Assembly (NCBI GenBank): GCA_903833275.1
Contig: CAILEP010000006.1
Span: 111,027-175,026, forward strand
Source: an uncultured Bdellovibrionales bacterium
GTDB lineage: Bacteria > Bdellovibrionota > Bdellovibrionia > Bdellovibrionales > UBA1609
DNA: 64,000 nt
Reading direction: 5' to 3'
Positions 56,127-64,000 of the stretch are shown one piece after another. The notes under the pieces were generated by a model that did not search any database, was not told the DNA's origin, and saw only the letters and a list, made by a program, of their open reading frames with translations. Numbering within the stretch: position 1 is the first letter of the stretch; each line of letters opens with the position of its first letter. The position numbers were made by a program, and so were the translations under genes.

Positions 56127-57252
56127 GAAAAAAGAAGACGAAGCTACGTCTTTTTCGAGGCAGCAAAAAGTCATGCAGGATTTCGAGCAAGCCAATCAGC
56201 GGCTCGATGAGGGCAAGGCGACCGAGGCCACCGCCATTTACGACCGCCTTATTGTCGAAAACCCGTCAAACCCGATGCAACATATGATTCTTTATAATGC
56301 CGGGTTGGCATATCTTCAGGCGGGCAATTGCCCAAAGGCCGGCGATCGCTTTCGCCAGGTGATTCGGTTAACGAATAAAAAAATTCCGCAAGTTGAGGGC
56401 CGCGCGTTGCTCGGCCTTAGCGATATTTATACCTGTCTCGGGCAAGACACCAAGGCGGTGGCGACGCTCGTTCAGGTTTCACAAGGTAAATTCGAATTGC
56501 CAACCGAGATCAATGCCGCCGAAGTCCCGGCAAAACTTGCAGGCGCTTACGCGCGAATCGGCAACGTAAAAGAAGGCGAGAGATATTTCAGAATTGCCGA
56601 AAAGGGTTTGATTCGCTTGCAAGGCACGCTTCGAGACAATCAACGGCATGATGAAATGTCGCGCATATTATTTATGATGGGCAATATTATGCAGCTCAAC
56701 ACCAAAACTATGAAGAGCGGTGATTACTTTGCCACGATTCGTGCTTTACAAAAATATCTCTATAAATCAGTCGAAATGAATTCGAAGGCGTGGTCGCCCC
56801 AGGCCTTCGAAATGATTCTTCAAGCCTATCGCCAAGCGTGGGAGTATATAGACGACGTCCACGCCGAAGAGAGTGAAGATGCGGCCGTTGCGACGCGCGA
56901 GCAAAAAAGACTACAACTCGAAATTGCTCAAGCGGCGATTCAATCGCTACGCTATTTGTATCAAGAGCGAATCCCGAATCCAGAAGAGCCAGTGGTTGTG
57001 ACGCAACTAATGGAGAGGCTGAGATCCGAAGAAACGCGCTATCGTAATTTTATTGCGACGCACATCGTGGGCACCGGTCTTACCCGAGAGGCTATTGAGG
57101 CTCAAGGGTTGAAGCGCGGCGGCCGAGTCTGGAACCCTGACCCGATTCTTGAGCAAGAGTCGCGGACGCAAAAGGCGCCGGTGCGCTCCAGCCGCTCATT
57201 GCGAACTTCACCCAGTAAAGCACAGGGCTCAAATCAAAAAGAGAGTGAGTAG
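56035..57252 (+). CDS. TPR-repeat lipoprotein
   Basis: ATG 56035 lies 9 nt after GGAGG. Lipobox LALSAC. TPR-like helices. Overlaps the upstream gene by 92 nt. Confidence 0.65.
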   Translation: MKWVQPILSKMVIITFPLTISLALSACSHAKKKEDEATSFSRQQKVMQDFEQANQRLDEGKATEATAIYDRLIVENPSNPMQHMILYNAGLAYLQAGNCPKAGDRFRQVIRLTNKKIPQVEGRALLGLSDIYTCLGQDTKAVATLVQVSQGKFELPTEINAAEVPAKLAGAYARIGNVKEGERYFRIAEKGLIRLQGTLRDNQRHDEMSRILFMMGNIMQLNTKTMKSGDYFATIRALQKYLYKSVEMNSKAWSPQAFEMILQAYRQAWEYIDDVHAEESEDAAVATREQKRLQLEIAQAAIQSLRYLYQERIPNPEEPVVVTQLMERLRSEETRYRNFIATHIVGTGLTREAIEAQGLKRGGRVWNPDPILEQESRTQKAPVRSSRSLRTSPSKAQGSNQKESE

Positions 57253-58045
57253 CCCCTTGAGTCAGTTCGTTCGGCGCTTTTCAATTGGCTTTCGTTTTGT
57301 TTTTGAAGGCCTTCGTCTTATGGGTGAGGTGCCGAGTCTACGGTTTTTGATCATTCTTCCATTCTTAATTGATTCTCTACTTCTCTTTATCGGCATTTAC
57401 TTTGGCGCTGAGCAAATTCGAATAATTGTTCGCAAAGCAAGCCTACTGATTTTCACTTCGGCCGATACGACAGCATTTCATCTATTTTATTACCCGATGC
57501 TCGCAGTGTTTTGGATCATCTTCGTTGTGCTTTACCTATACGTTGTCTATTTGATCGCCAGCGTTTTGGCCTCGCCGATTTATTCGATGATGGCCGATCG
57601 AACTACGCGTTATCTTCAGGCACGCGATCACTCAAATCGACCCGAAATTGGCGCTTTTGCTTTGGCGGTTCGAATGGTTTGGGTGTCTCTTGCGCGTGGA
57701 GTCGCTCTGCTGACGATTGGCGGCTTCTTGTTTGCCGGTTCGTTTGTGCCTGGTCTCAATCTAGTAACCACTTTTGTGGCTTTCGTACTGCTTGCCTTTG
57801 ATTCGGCAGACTATGCGTTTGAGGTTCACGGCTTTCAATTGCGCGATCGTTTTCGATTTCTTCGCCGGCATTTGGTTGAATTTTGCGGCATGGGCGCGTT
57901 CATCGGCTTGACAGCTTTTGTCCCTGGCCTCATTTTGTTCGTGATGCCCTTTGCTGTCGTTGGTGCCGCGAGCGTTGTACATTCCGCGCTTAACGTCGAC
58001 GAAAGTAAGGGCGCAAGATCGGCCACCCCCAAAGAGAGCAGTTAA
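57245..58045 (+). CDS. EI24/CysZ-family polytopic membrane protein
   Basis: Multi-TM protein with LRFLIILPFLIDSLLLF...ASVLASPIY blocks. Start is uncertain (GTG 57245 or TTG 57257). Confidence 0.5.
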   Translation: MSSPLSQFVRRFSIGFRFVFEGLRLMGEVPSLRFLIILPFLIDSLLLFIGIYFGAEQIRIIVRKASLLIFTSADTTAFHLFYYPMLAVFWIIFVVLYLYVVYLIASVLASPIYSMMADRTTRYLQARDHSNRPEIGAFALAVRMVWVSLARGVALLTIGGFLFAGSFVPGLNLVTTFVAFVLLAFDSADYAFEVHGFQLRDRFRFLRRHLVEFCGMGAFIGLTAFVPGLILFVMPFAVVGAASVVHSALNVDESKGARSATPKESS

Positions 58046-58049
58046 AAAA

Positions 58050-59303
58050 ATGGCAAAGTCAGACATCCAAGAGCAGATTCACGAAAAAATAGTCGCTAAT
58101 TGCGATGCGGTTTGCGCTTGGTTTGAAAAGAAATCAGAGGGTCTGGCTTTTCCGATTTATGCAAGTTTTGATGTACGCGACTCGGGCCACAAAATAGCGC
58201 CAGTGGATGCCAATATCTTCCCGGCGGGGTTCAATAATATTTGCCCAGCGGATAAAGAGGGCTCCGTCGAGATACTAAAAAATTACCTTCAAGCGCACCA
58301 CCCCTCAGCCCATCACATTGCCTTATTAACCGAAGAACATACGACGAATGCCTATTATTGGGAGAACGTTTTGGCCATTGCCAAGCTTCTGACTGAAGCT
58401 GGGCGTACACCGAGAATTTGCATTCCGCGGCCAATGACTGAGCCAATTGAAGTGAAGTCTGCCTCGGGCCAATCGGTGACAGTGCATTCGGCTCTAAATC
58501 GAGATGGCGAGATTTATGTCGAAAACCAAAAGATTGATTTGGTGATTTGCAATAATGATTTTTCAAACGGCTACGAAGACTGGGTCAAAAATCTACGAGT
58601 GGCGATCAACCCACCGAACGAACTTGGCTGGTATCGCCGCCGTAAATATAGTTTTTTTCAACAGTACAACTCTTTGGCTAACGAATTTGCGAAGTTGATT
58701 GGCCTTGACCCATTGCTTTTGCAAATAGAAACCGAAGTGGCGACCCATGTTGACGTCGACTCGATTGAGAGTCGTGAGCAGATAGCGACTCAAGTAGATA
58801 AGATTATTGCAAAACTAAAGGTGCAATATAAAGAGCACCAAATTGAGGGTGAGCCTTTTTGTTTTCTAAAAAATAACGCCGGCACCTATGGCATGGCAGT
58901 CGTGCAAGCGCATTCGGGTAATGAAATTCGTGAGTGGAACAATAAAATTCGAAAAAAAATGAAGGCGGCTAAAGGCGGGCGTGAAGTTACAGAGCTCGTC
59001 GTTCAAGAGGGGATTGCGACCAAATTTCGCGAAGAAAGTGGCGGTTCAGCCGAGCCCTGTATCTATACGATCGGCGGCGAACTAGTTGGGGGCTTTCTGC
59101 GCATGCATTCAGAAAAAGGCCCTGATGAAAGTTTGAACAGCCCCGGGGTTGTTTTTAAACGCCTATGCATGGCGGATTTGCGTGACGATATTGTCGACTG
59201 CCCGATGGAGAACGTTTACGGTTGGATCGCAAAATTAGGCGTGCTCGCCATTGCGCTCGAGGCTCGAGCTGGGCAAATCGAATTTCGTGGCTACTCGAAC
59301 TGA
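58050..59303 (+). CDS. glutamate--cysteine ligase-like protein (GshA, PF08886-type)
   Basis: ATG 58050. N-terminal block FPIYASFDVRDSGHKIAPVDANIFPAGFNNI matches my memory of this GshA family. Not verified by search. Confidence 0.55.
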   Translation: MAKSDIQEQIHEKIVANCDAVCAWFEKKSEGLAFPIYASFDVRDSGHKIAPVDANIFPAGFNNICPADKEGSVEILKNYLQAHHPSAHHIALLTEEHTTNAYYWENVLAIAKLLTEAGRTPRICIPRPMTEPIEVKSASGQSVTVHSALNRDGEIYVENQKIDLVICNNDFSNGYEDWVKNLRVAINPPNELGWYRRRKYSFFQQYNSLANEFAKLIGLDPLLLQIETEVATHVDVDSIESREQIATQVDKIIAKLKVQYKEHQIEGEPFCFLKNNAGTYGMAVVQAHSGNEIREWNNKIRKKMKAAKGGREVTELVVQEGIATKFREESGGSAEPCIYTIGGELVGGFLRMHSEKGPDESLNSPGVVFKRLCMADLRDDIVDCPMENVYGWIAKLGVLAIALEARAGQIEFRGYSN

Positions 59304-60122
59304 TTCAAGTTTCAATTGTGTGAAATTTTGTACGAACTCAATTTCATCTTTGGTGAAGCCGGCCTTCTCTCGTGTTTCGGTATTAACGGGCACCGCGCGA
59401 GCAGGCACCCGATCGAAAAGTCGACTGAGGCGCTTCGAAAAATCATCACCAGAGCTTAGGCCTTCTGCGGTACAAAGGGCGCGATACCATTTTAGACCGT
59501 AGCGAACATGACCGATCTCTTCGTCGCCAATAATCGCGACAATTTCTCGAGCCAAATGATTTGTAACTCCAGAAAGGCGGCGCAAAAGCAACTCGCCCGC
59601 ATCTAGGCCCGAAGCCTCGAGATAACAATTTACAATTAAAATTCGATCAAGAAGGCTGTCGTCTTCGTGGGTCGAAGTCCAAAGCGTATTGTGCACAGGC
59701 CAGGCGCCCCACTCGAAGCCGAGGTCGCGCACTCCGCGTAAGCAAAGGCTGAGGTGTTTGGCTTCTTCGAGAACAATTGTGGCGATGCCTTCGCGAAACT
59801 CGGGCGGCGCTGAGGCGAATTCGTAAAGCGTGCGAACGCCGAGTTCCATAGCTTGAAGTTCGATATTTGCTAAATCATGCAGCAGGCGGGCTTGGCCCTC
59901 GGCTGATTGTAAGCCGACGCGCGCGGGGATCTGCCTTCTGGCCACCACTGAGACGTCTCGAGCCGGTTCAATCACGTCGAGGGCGCTCATTTTGCGAGGA
60001 GTAGAGGTCATAAGTAGTCTATGACACTCTGATTCTATTAGTCGCAGTTTTTCGTCCACATTGGCGGTGTGAAGAACTGACTTGGTTTGCGCTATATGTT
60101 CGAGCTGGCTCTGCGGGTTCAT
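59235..60122 (-). CDS. DUF455 ferritin-like family protein
   Basis: LLHDLANIELQAMEL...EEAKHLSLC...YLEASGLDAG...GDEEIGHVRYGLKW di-iron-like helices. Confidence 0.6.
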   Translation of the reverse strand: MNPQSQLEHIAQTKSVLHTANVDEKLRLIESECHRLLMTSTPRKMSALDVIEPARDVSVVARRQIPARVGLQSAEGQARLLHDLANIELQAMELGVRTLYEFASAPPEFREGIATIVLEEAKHLSLCLRGVRDLGFEWGAWPVHNTLWTSTHEDDSLLDRILIVNCYLEASGLDAGELLLRRLSGVTNHLAREIVAIIGDEEIGHVRYGLKWYRALCTAEGLSSGDDFSKRLSRLFDRVPARAVPVNTETREKAGFTKDEIEFVQNFTQLKLESVRVATKFDLPSSSLERNGEHA

Positions 60123-60146
60123 TCGTAGCCCTTTTGGGTTTGCGGG

Positions 60147-60821
60147 CTAGTAGTTCAACGTCAAACTTTTACCGAGGCGATCACGTATTTCGCTCTGCTC
60201 AATAACAATCGATTTGTTAACAGGTTCTGCCGGGTCGTAGAGGCGCACACGATTGAGCACCCACATTCGTGGCCAGGTGTCGCTGACATTTATAAAAGTG
60301 GCACTGACCTCGGGGTCATCAAAAGTTTGCATCGTTTGATTCTTCACTTCAGCTTTAAAGATTCTTTCAAACTGAAACGTAAGCGGAGAAAGAGTGAGGC
60401 CATCGCCCGAAAGAGTGCACGGCCCTTCGACCACCATAAGCGGGGCTTCGCCGCTAACAGCCATATCGCCCGCAGAGTATGTGATTTCAACCCGCGAGTA
60501 GAGCGAACAGGCACTGATCGGTAGCCCATTTGTGCCGCGAACCTCAAAGTGCCCGAGGCGAACACCGGCCGAACCATTAATTGAGAACGCTTCGGCTGAT
60601 TTCAATAGTTGGTGGTGAAGCGCATTTAACGACTGAGCGTTTTTGATTTCACTCTCTTCAAAAACGCTTGGCAATGCAGCGGGTCGGCGTGTTTCTTCTT
60701 CATGAACGGCGAAGCGAAAGCCAAATTGAAAGGCAAAGAGGCCAAACAAAACGGTCGCAAGGCCCAAGGCAATTTTAAAAATTCGATTTCGACTGAGTTT
60801 AAAATCTTGGGGCATCTTCAC
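60147..60821 (-). CDS. membrane-anchored hypothetical protein
   Basis: 224 aa with an N-terminal TM helix. I recognise no family. Confidence 0.5.
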   Translation of the reverse strand: MKMPQDFKLSRNRIFKIALGLATVLFGLFAFQFGFRFAVHEEETRRPAALPSVFEESEIKNAQSLNALHHQLLKSAEAFSINGSAGVRLGHFEVRGTNGLPISACSLYSRVEITYSAGDMAVSGEAPLMVVEGPCTLSGDGLTLSPLTFQFERIFKAEVKNQTMQTFDDPEVSATFINVSDTWPRMWVLNRVRLYDPAEPVNKSIVIEQSEIRDRLGKSLTLNY

Positions 60822-60885
60822 GGTTCACCTGATATTTATCCTATCGGCAGTGTCATTTCTAATATTGAAACACTACCGGTTGCGA

Positions 60886-62439
60886 TTACGAATAAATTTT
60901 AGCAAGTTCGACGAAAGTCCTGATCATGACTCCTGATGCGCCTTTTTTGGGGCAGTAATTCAGTCGGCTACCAACATGCCAGCCTGTGCCGGCAATATCG
61001 AAGTGCGCCCAAGGGGTATCCTTATCGACAAATTGCTCAAGAAACGCGGCCGCAGTTGATGCGCCAGCGCCTCTTGTTGAAGAGATATTGTTGAGGTCAG
61101 CGTAAGTGCCCTTCATGTCGCTCAGGTGATGATCGCAGATCGGCATGTGCCAAACCCATTCGCCGCTAACATCTGCGGCTTCGCTGACTTTTTTGCGAAC
61201 TTTGTGATCGCGAGTGAAGACGCCAGTGTGGGTATTGCCGAGAGCAACCACGCACGCGCCCGTCAATGTTGCGGCATCGAATATCGCCGCGGGCTTTAGT
61301 TCGCTCGCATATGAAAGTGCATCCATCAAAATAAGGCGACCTTCAGCATCGGTGTTGTCAATTTCGACGGTTTTACCATTTCGGGCCACTAAAATATCGC
61401 CAGGTTTTGTTGCAAGTGGGCCCGGCATATTTTCGGTCGAAGGCACAAGGCCGATGGCATTGATTTTTAGTTTTAGACGAGCGATCGCGAGCATGGTGCA
61501 GATCACATTTACGCCACCGCATTTGTCGAACTTCATTTCTTCCATTGCGGCCGACGGTTTAATGCTAATGCCGCCTGAGTCAAAGGTCAGGCCTTTGCCC
61601 ACAAAGCAAACGGGCTTTTTTGATTTCGCGCCACCATTGTACTCAAGAATGATAAAACGAGGGTCAACGGCACTGCCGAGAGAGACGCCAAGCAAGCCGC
61701 CCATGCGTTCTTTTTTGATTCGAGCTTTATCCCAAACTGTAACCTTAAGTTTGGTGCCTTTCGCGGCATCTACTGTGGCATCAGCCAATTTTTCGGGCGT
61801 CATTAAATTACCAGGAGTATCACCTAAATCGCGTGCAAAATTAACTGCGTCGGCAAGAATACGACCGACATCGACACCCTTGGTGATGTTGGCAGCATTT
61901 GAGCGCTTATCGAGAACGAGCCAAACTTTTTCAAGTTTTGTTGAATCTTTTTTTGCCGAACCTTTTTTGGTTGAGCTGTTTTCATCACTGTTATTTTCTG
62001 ATTTTTTCGTTTTGTAAGTTTCAAATTCGCGAGCCGCTAAAAGGGTGCCTTCAGTGAAGGCTTGAGCCGCTGCGGTAGTGTCTTTAAAGCCTTTTATGAG
62101 GCCTTCTAAAACAACAGTCGCCTCGCGAACCTTATTGCTTTTGAGGCACTGACATATGGTCGCGGCTACTTTTCGAATGTCTTCGAGTTCTTTGGTTTTT
62201 TCATCGATGCCAACGAGCAAAACATTTCGATCGTGCCCTTCTCCAACTGAGCGAAGAAAAAGACCTTTCTTTAAATCACGATGAGTAAGCCCATCTTCTT
62301 CTAATGAAGCCAGTACAGGGGCAATATCAAGATCAGCGCCTATGGCTTCGGTCTTGTTGCCGGTTTTTCGAACAAACACGACCAATGTCTTGGGTAAATG
62401 AGTTTTAGACGCGGCACGCGCGACTTCAATGTGAACCAT
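60886..62439 (-). CDS. pepA: leucyl aminopeptidase (M17)
   Basis: VGKGLTFDSGG and NTDAEGRL motifs. A Lys/Ser/Asn-rich insert lies between the N- and C-domains. Confidence 0.9.
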   Translation of the reverse strand: MVHIEVARAASKTHLPKTLVVFVRKTGNKTEAIGADLDIAPVLASLEEDGLTHRDLKKGLFLRSVGEGHDRNVLLVGIDEKTKELEDIRKVAATICQCLKSNKVREATVVLEGLIKGFKDTTAAAQAFTEGTLLAAREFETYKTKKSENNSDENSSTKKGSAKKDSTKLEKVWLVLDKRSNAANITKGVDVGRILADAVNFARDLGDTPGNLMTPEKLADATVDAAKGTKLKVTVWDKARIKKERMGGLLGVSLGSAVDPRFIILEYNGGAKSKKPVCFVGKGLTFDSGGISIKPSAAMEEMKFDKCGGVNVICTMLAIARLKLKINAIGLVPSTENMPGPLATKPGDILVARNGKTVEIDNTDAEGRLILMDALSYASELKPAAIFDAATLTGACVVALGNTHTGVFTRDHKVRKKVSEAADVSGEWVWHMPICDHHLSDMKGTYADLNNISSTRGAGASTAAAFLEQFVDKDTPWAHFDIAGTGWHVGSRLNYCPKKGASGVMIRTFVELAKIYS

Positions 62440-62538
62440 CTTGAACCTCGCATCAAAAAAATAGGGAGAAATCGAACAAAATGGATAGCATACGGGGTCT
62501 AAGAGATAAAGGCTTTTCGTTAAATACCCGAAAAGACT

Positions 62539-62566
62539 CTTGCCAGGGCTGAATTCGAACTCATGT
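62539..62566 (+). promoter_or_regulatory. possible sigma32-type heat-shock promoter upstream of clpP
   Basis: CTTGCCA (62539-45), 13-nt spacer, aCTCATGT (62559-66), compared with consensus CTTGAAA-N13-15-CCCCATNT. By-eye match only. Confidence 0.25.
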
Positions 62567-62686
62567 TTTCAGACGTCTGGACAGGCCAGATTTGACGAAC
62601 ATGACTCACCTAAAACCGGGCGAGAAATTAGTATCAAATAGGTGGCAGTTCTGAGCTGTGCCGACATCGCTAGAGTTTCATAGGTA

Positions 62687-63340
62687 ATGAAAAAGACGAG
62701 GAGAATCGTTGTGTCAAAAAGATTAGAAGAAGTAAGTGCGCTGATACCAGTTGTAATTGAGCAAACCTCACGTGGCGAAAGAAGCTACGATATATACTCG
62801 AGACTTTTAAAAGATCGAATTATTCTTTTGGGCACTCCAGTAACCGAAGATGTGGCCAACAGTATAGTTGCACAAATGTTCTTTCTTGAGATGGAAAACC
62901 CTGAAAAAGACATCTCAATTTATATCAATTCGCCCGGCGGCAGCGTAACAGCGGGTCTCGCCATTTATGACGTGATGCAATTTGTGAAGTGCGACGTGAG
63001 CACAGTATGTATCGGTATGGCTGCAAGTATGGCGGCAACGCTTCTCGCAGCTGGCACAAAAGGCAAGCGCTATATCTTGCCGAACTCGCGTGTATTGATT
63101 CATCAACCTTTAATCATGGGGAGTGGCCTACAGGGTCAAGCCAGTGATATTGAGATCCATGCTAAAGAAATGATAAAAACCAAAACGAAACTGACTGAAA
63201 TTCTTGTAAAGCACACGGGCCAGAAGTTCGACGAAGTGACCCGCGCCACTGATCGTGATAACTACATGAGTGCGGAAGAAGCCCGAGGCTTCGGTATCGT
63301 TGATGAAGTTGTGAACAGCCGTAAGGCAGTGAAGTTGTAA
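62687..63340 (+). CDS. clpP: ATP-dependent Clp protease proteolytic subunit
   Basis: Canonical ClpP ([34 protein letters not shown]). GTG 62711, 7 nt after GAGGAG, may be the true start. Confidence 0.93.
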   Translation: MKKTRRIVVSKRLEEVSALIPVVIEQTSRGERSYDIYSRLLKDRIILLGTPVTEDVANSIVAQMFFLEMENPEKDISIYINSPGGSVTAGLAIYDVMQFVKCDVSTVCIGMAASMAATLLAAGTKGKRYILPNSRVLIHQPLIMGSGLQGQASDIEIHAKEMIKTKTKLTEILVKHTGQKFDEVTRATDRDNYMSAEEARGFGIVDEVVNSRKAVKL

Positions 63341-63417
63341 TAGAAGAGAGCGGTCAGGCAGCGAAGCAGTAACATTGAAGCGATGCAAGTAACGCGAACG
63401 AAAAGAGAAGGGTCAAC

Positions 63418-64000
63418 ATGACAAAAAGTGCAAGTTCTTACGGCAACCTCTGCTGCAGCTTCTGCGGCAAAAGCCAAAAAGAAGTAAAGAAATTGATTGC
63501 GGGCCCAGGCGTCTACATTTGCGACGAGTGCATAGATCTTTGCAATGACATTATCACTGAAGAAAAAGAGCGCGAGGATGTAAGTAAACACAGCCTCAAG
63601 GTGCCAAAGCCAGTCGATATCAAATCTTTTCTTGATGACTACGTCATAGGTCAGGAAACCGCTAAGAAATCACTAGCGGTTGCGGTGCATAACCACTACA
63701 AGCGAATCAACAGCTCAAAAGGTCGCAAAAAAGACGACGTTGAAATTGCCAAATCAAATATTCTTTTAATCGGGCCGACTGGCTCGGGCAAAACGCTTTT
63801 GGCCCAGACGATTGCTAAAATTTTGAATGTGCCATTTGCCATGGCCGATGCCACGGCATTAACGGAGGCCGGCTACGTGGGCGAAGACGTTGAAAACGTT
63901 GTGCTCAATCTATTGCAAGCTTCAGACTACGATGTCGAAAAGTGCCAAAAAGGCGTGATTTATATCGATGAGATCGACAAGATTTCGCGTAAATCAGAGA
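63418..64000 (+). CDS. clpX: ATP-dependent Clp protease ATP-binding subunit ClpX (5' part; continues past window end)
   Basis: Own translation from ATG 63418. Zinc-binding CSFCGKSQ...CDEC, Walker A GPTGSGKT, and YIDEIDKI. Confidence 0.93.
   Translation, partial: MTKSASSYGNLCCSFCGKSQKEVKKLIAGPGVYICDECIDLCNDIITEEKEREDVSKHSLKVPKPVDIKSFLDDYVIGQETAKKSLAVAVHNHYKRINSSKGRKKDDVEIAKSNILLIGPTGSGKTLLAQTIAKILNVPFAMADATALTEAGYVGEDVENVVLNLLQASDYDVEKCQKGVIYIDEIDKISRKSE

Noticed and set aside
61214-62017. 267-aa ORF on the plus strand, antisense to pepA
   Set aside because: It lies entirely inside the well-supported M17 aminopeptidase gene. The translation is Ser/Pro/Ala-rich with no motifs or RBS. This is a typical shadow ORF.
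1-64000. CRISPR arrays, rRNA, tmRNA/RNase P/SRP RNA, riboswitches
   Set aside because: I saw no regularly spaced direct repeats. The larger intergenic gaps (2243-2477, 3339-3560, 20546-20910, 46851-46996, 62440-62686) show no recognisable conserved RNA motifs by eye. A covariance-model scan (Infernal/Rfam) would be needed to exclude small RNAs.

Overview
Chromosomal window from a diderm (Gram-negative) bacterium, shown by Tol, RodZ, Mla/MCE and OmpA-type genes. The gene content reminds me of Bdellovibrio-like or deltaproteobacterial genomes, but the taxon cannot be established without a search. I count about 72 protein-coding genes, one tRNA-Phe(GAA) and one complete ISL3-family insertion sequence. 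There is no rRNA and no CRISPR array. Gene order: (1) pilin end of a Flp/Tad locus (1-3338); (2) DUF2203, nadE, DnaQ-like exonuclease, ferredoxin; (3) rodZ, PilW-like TPR, RNA methyltransferase, ndk; (4) mdh-sucCD; (5) a six-gene Mla/MCE-like transporter with two ATPases and two permeases (15.9-20.5 kb); (6) a 23-codon polycationic ORF; (7) an orphan TadB/TadC-like, secreted protein and atypical Ser/Thr kinase operon (20.9-23.6 kb); (8) a PLP Cys/Met enzyme and tRNA-Phe; (9) an OmpA-family gene split by the IS (25.2-27.8 kb); (10) dus, ABC-2 exporter, mtgA, SDR epimerase, cNMP-binding protein, cyclophilin, glnE, tolBARQ; (11) Rrf2-sufBCDS-nfu; (12) ftsEX-envC-ctpA and tig; (13) a split ArsA/Get3-like ATPase pair with a TPR lipoprotein and an EI24/CysZ-like protein; (14) gshA-like, DUF455, pepA, clpP and partial clpX. 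Most of the window is ordinary core genome, and I see no clear defence island or large accessory block. The items I rate most worth follow-up are: the reciprocal degenerate/consensus ATP-site pattern in the doubled Mla-like transporter; the analogous asymmetry in the split ArsA/Get3-like pair and its four-gene cluster; the orphan Tad-platform plus kinase operon; the Flp-leader protein divergent from flp; the tiny polycationic ORF; and the fresh ISL3 insertion. All domain calls come from recognising motifs by eye in the supplied translations. No database search, HMM or GC computation was run.
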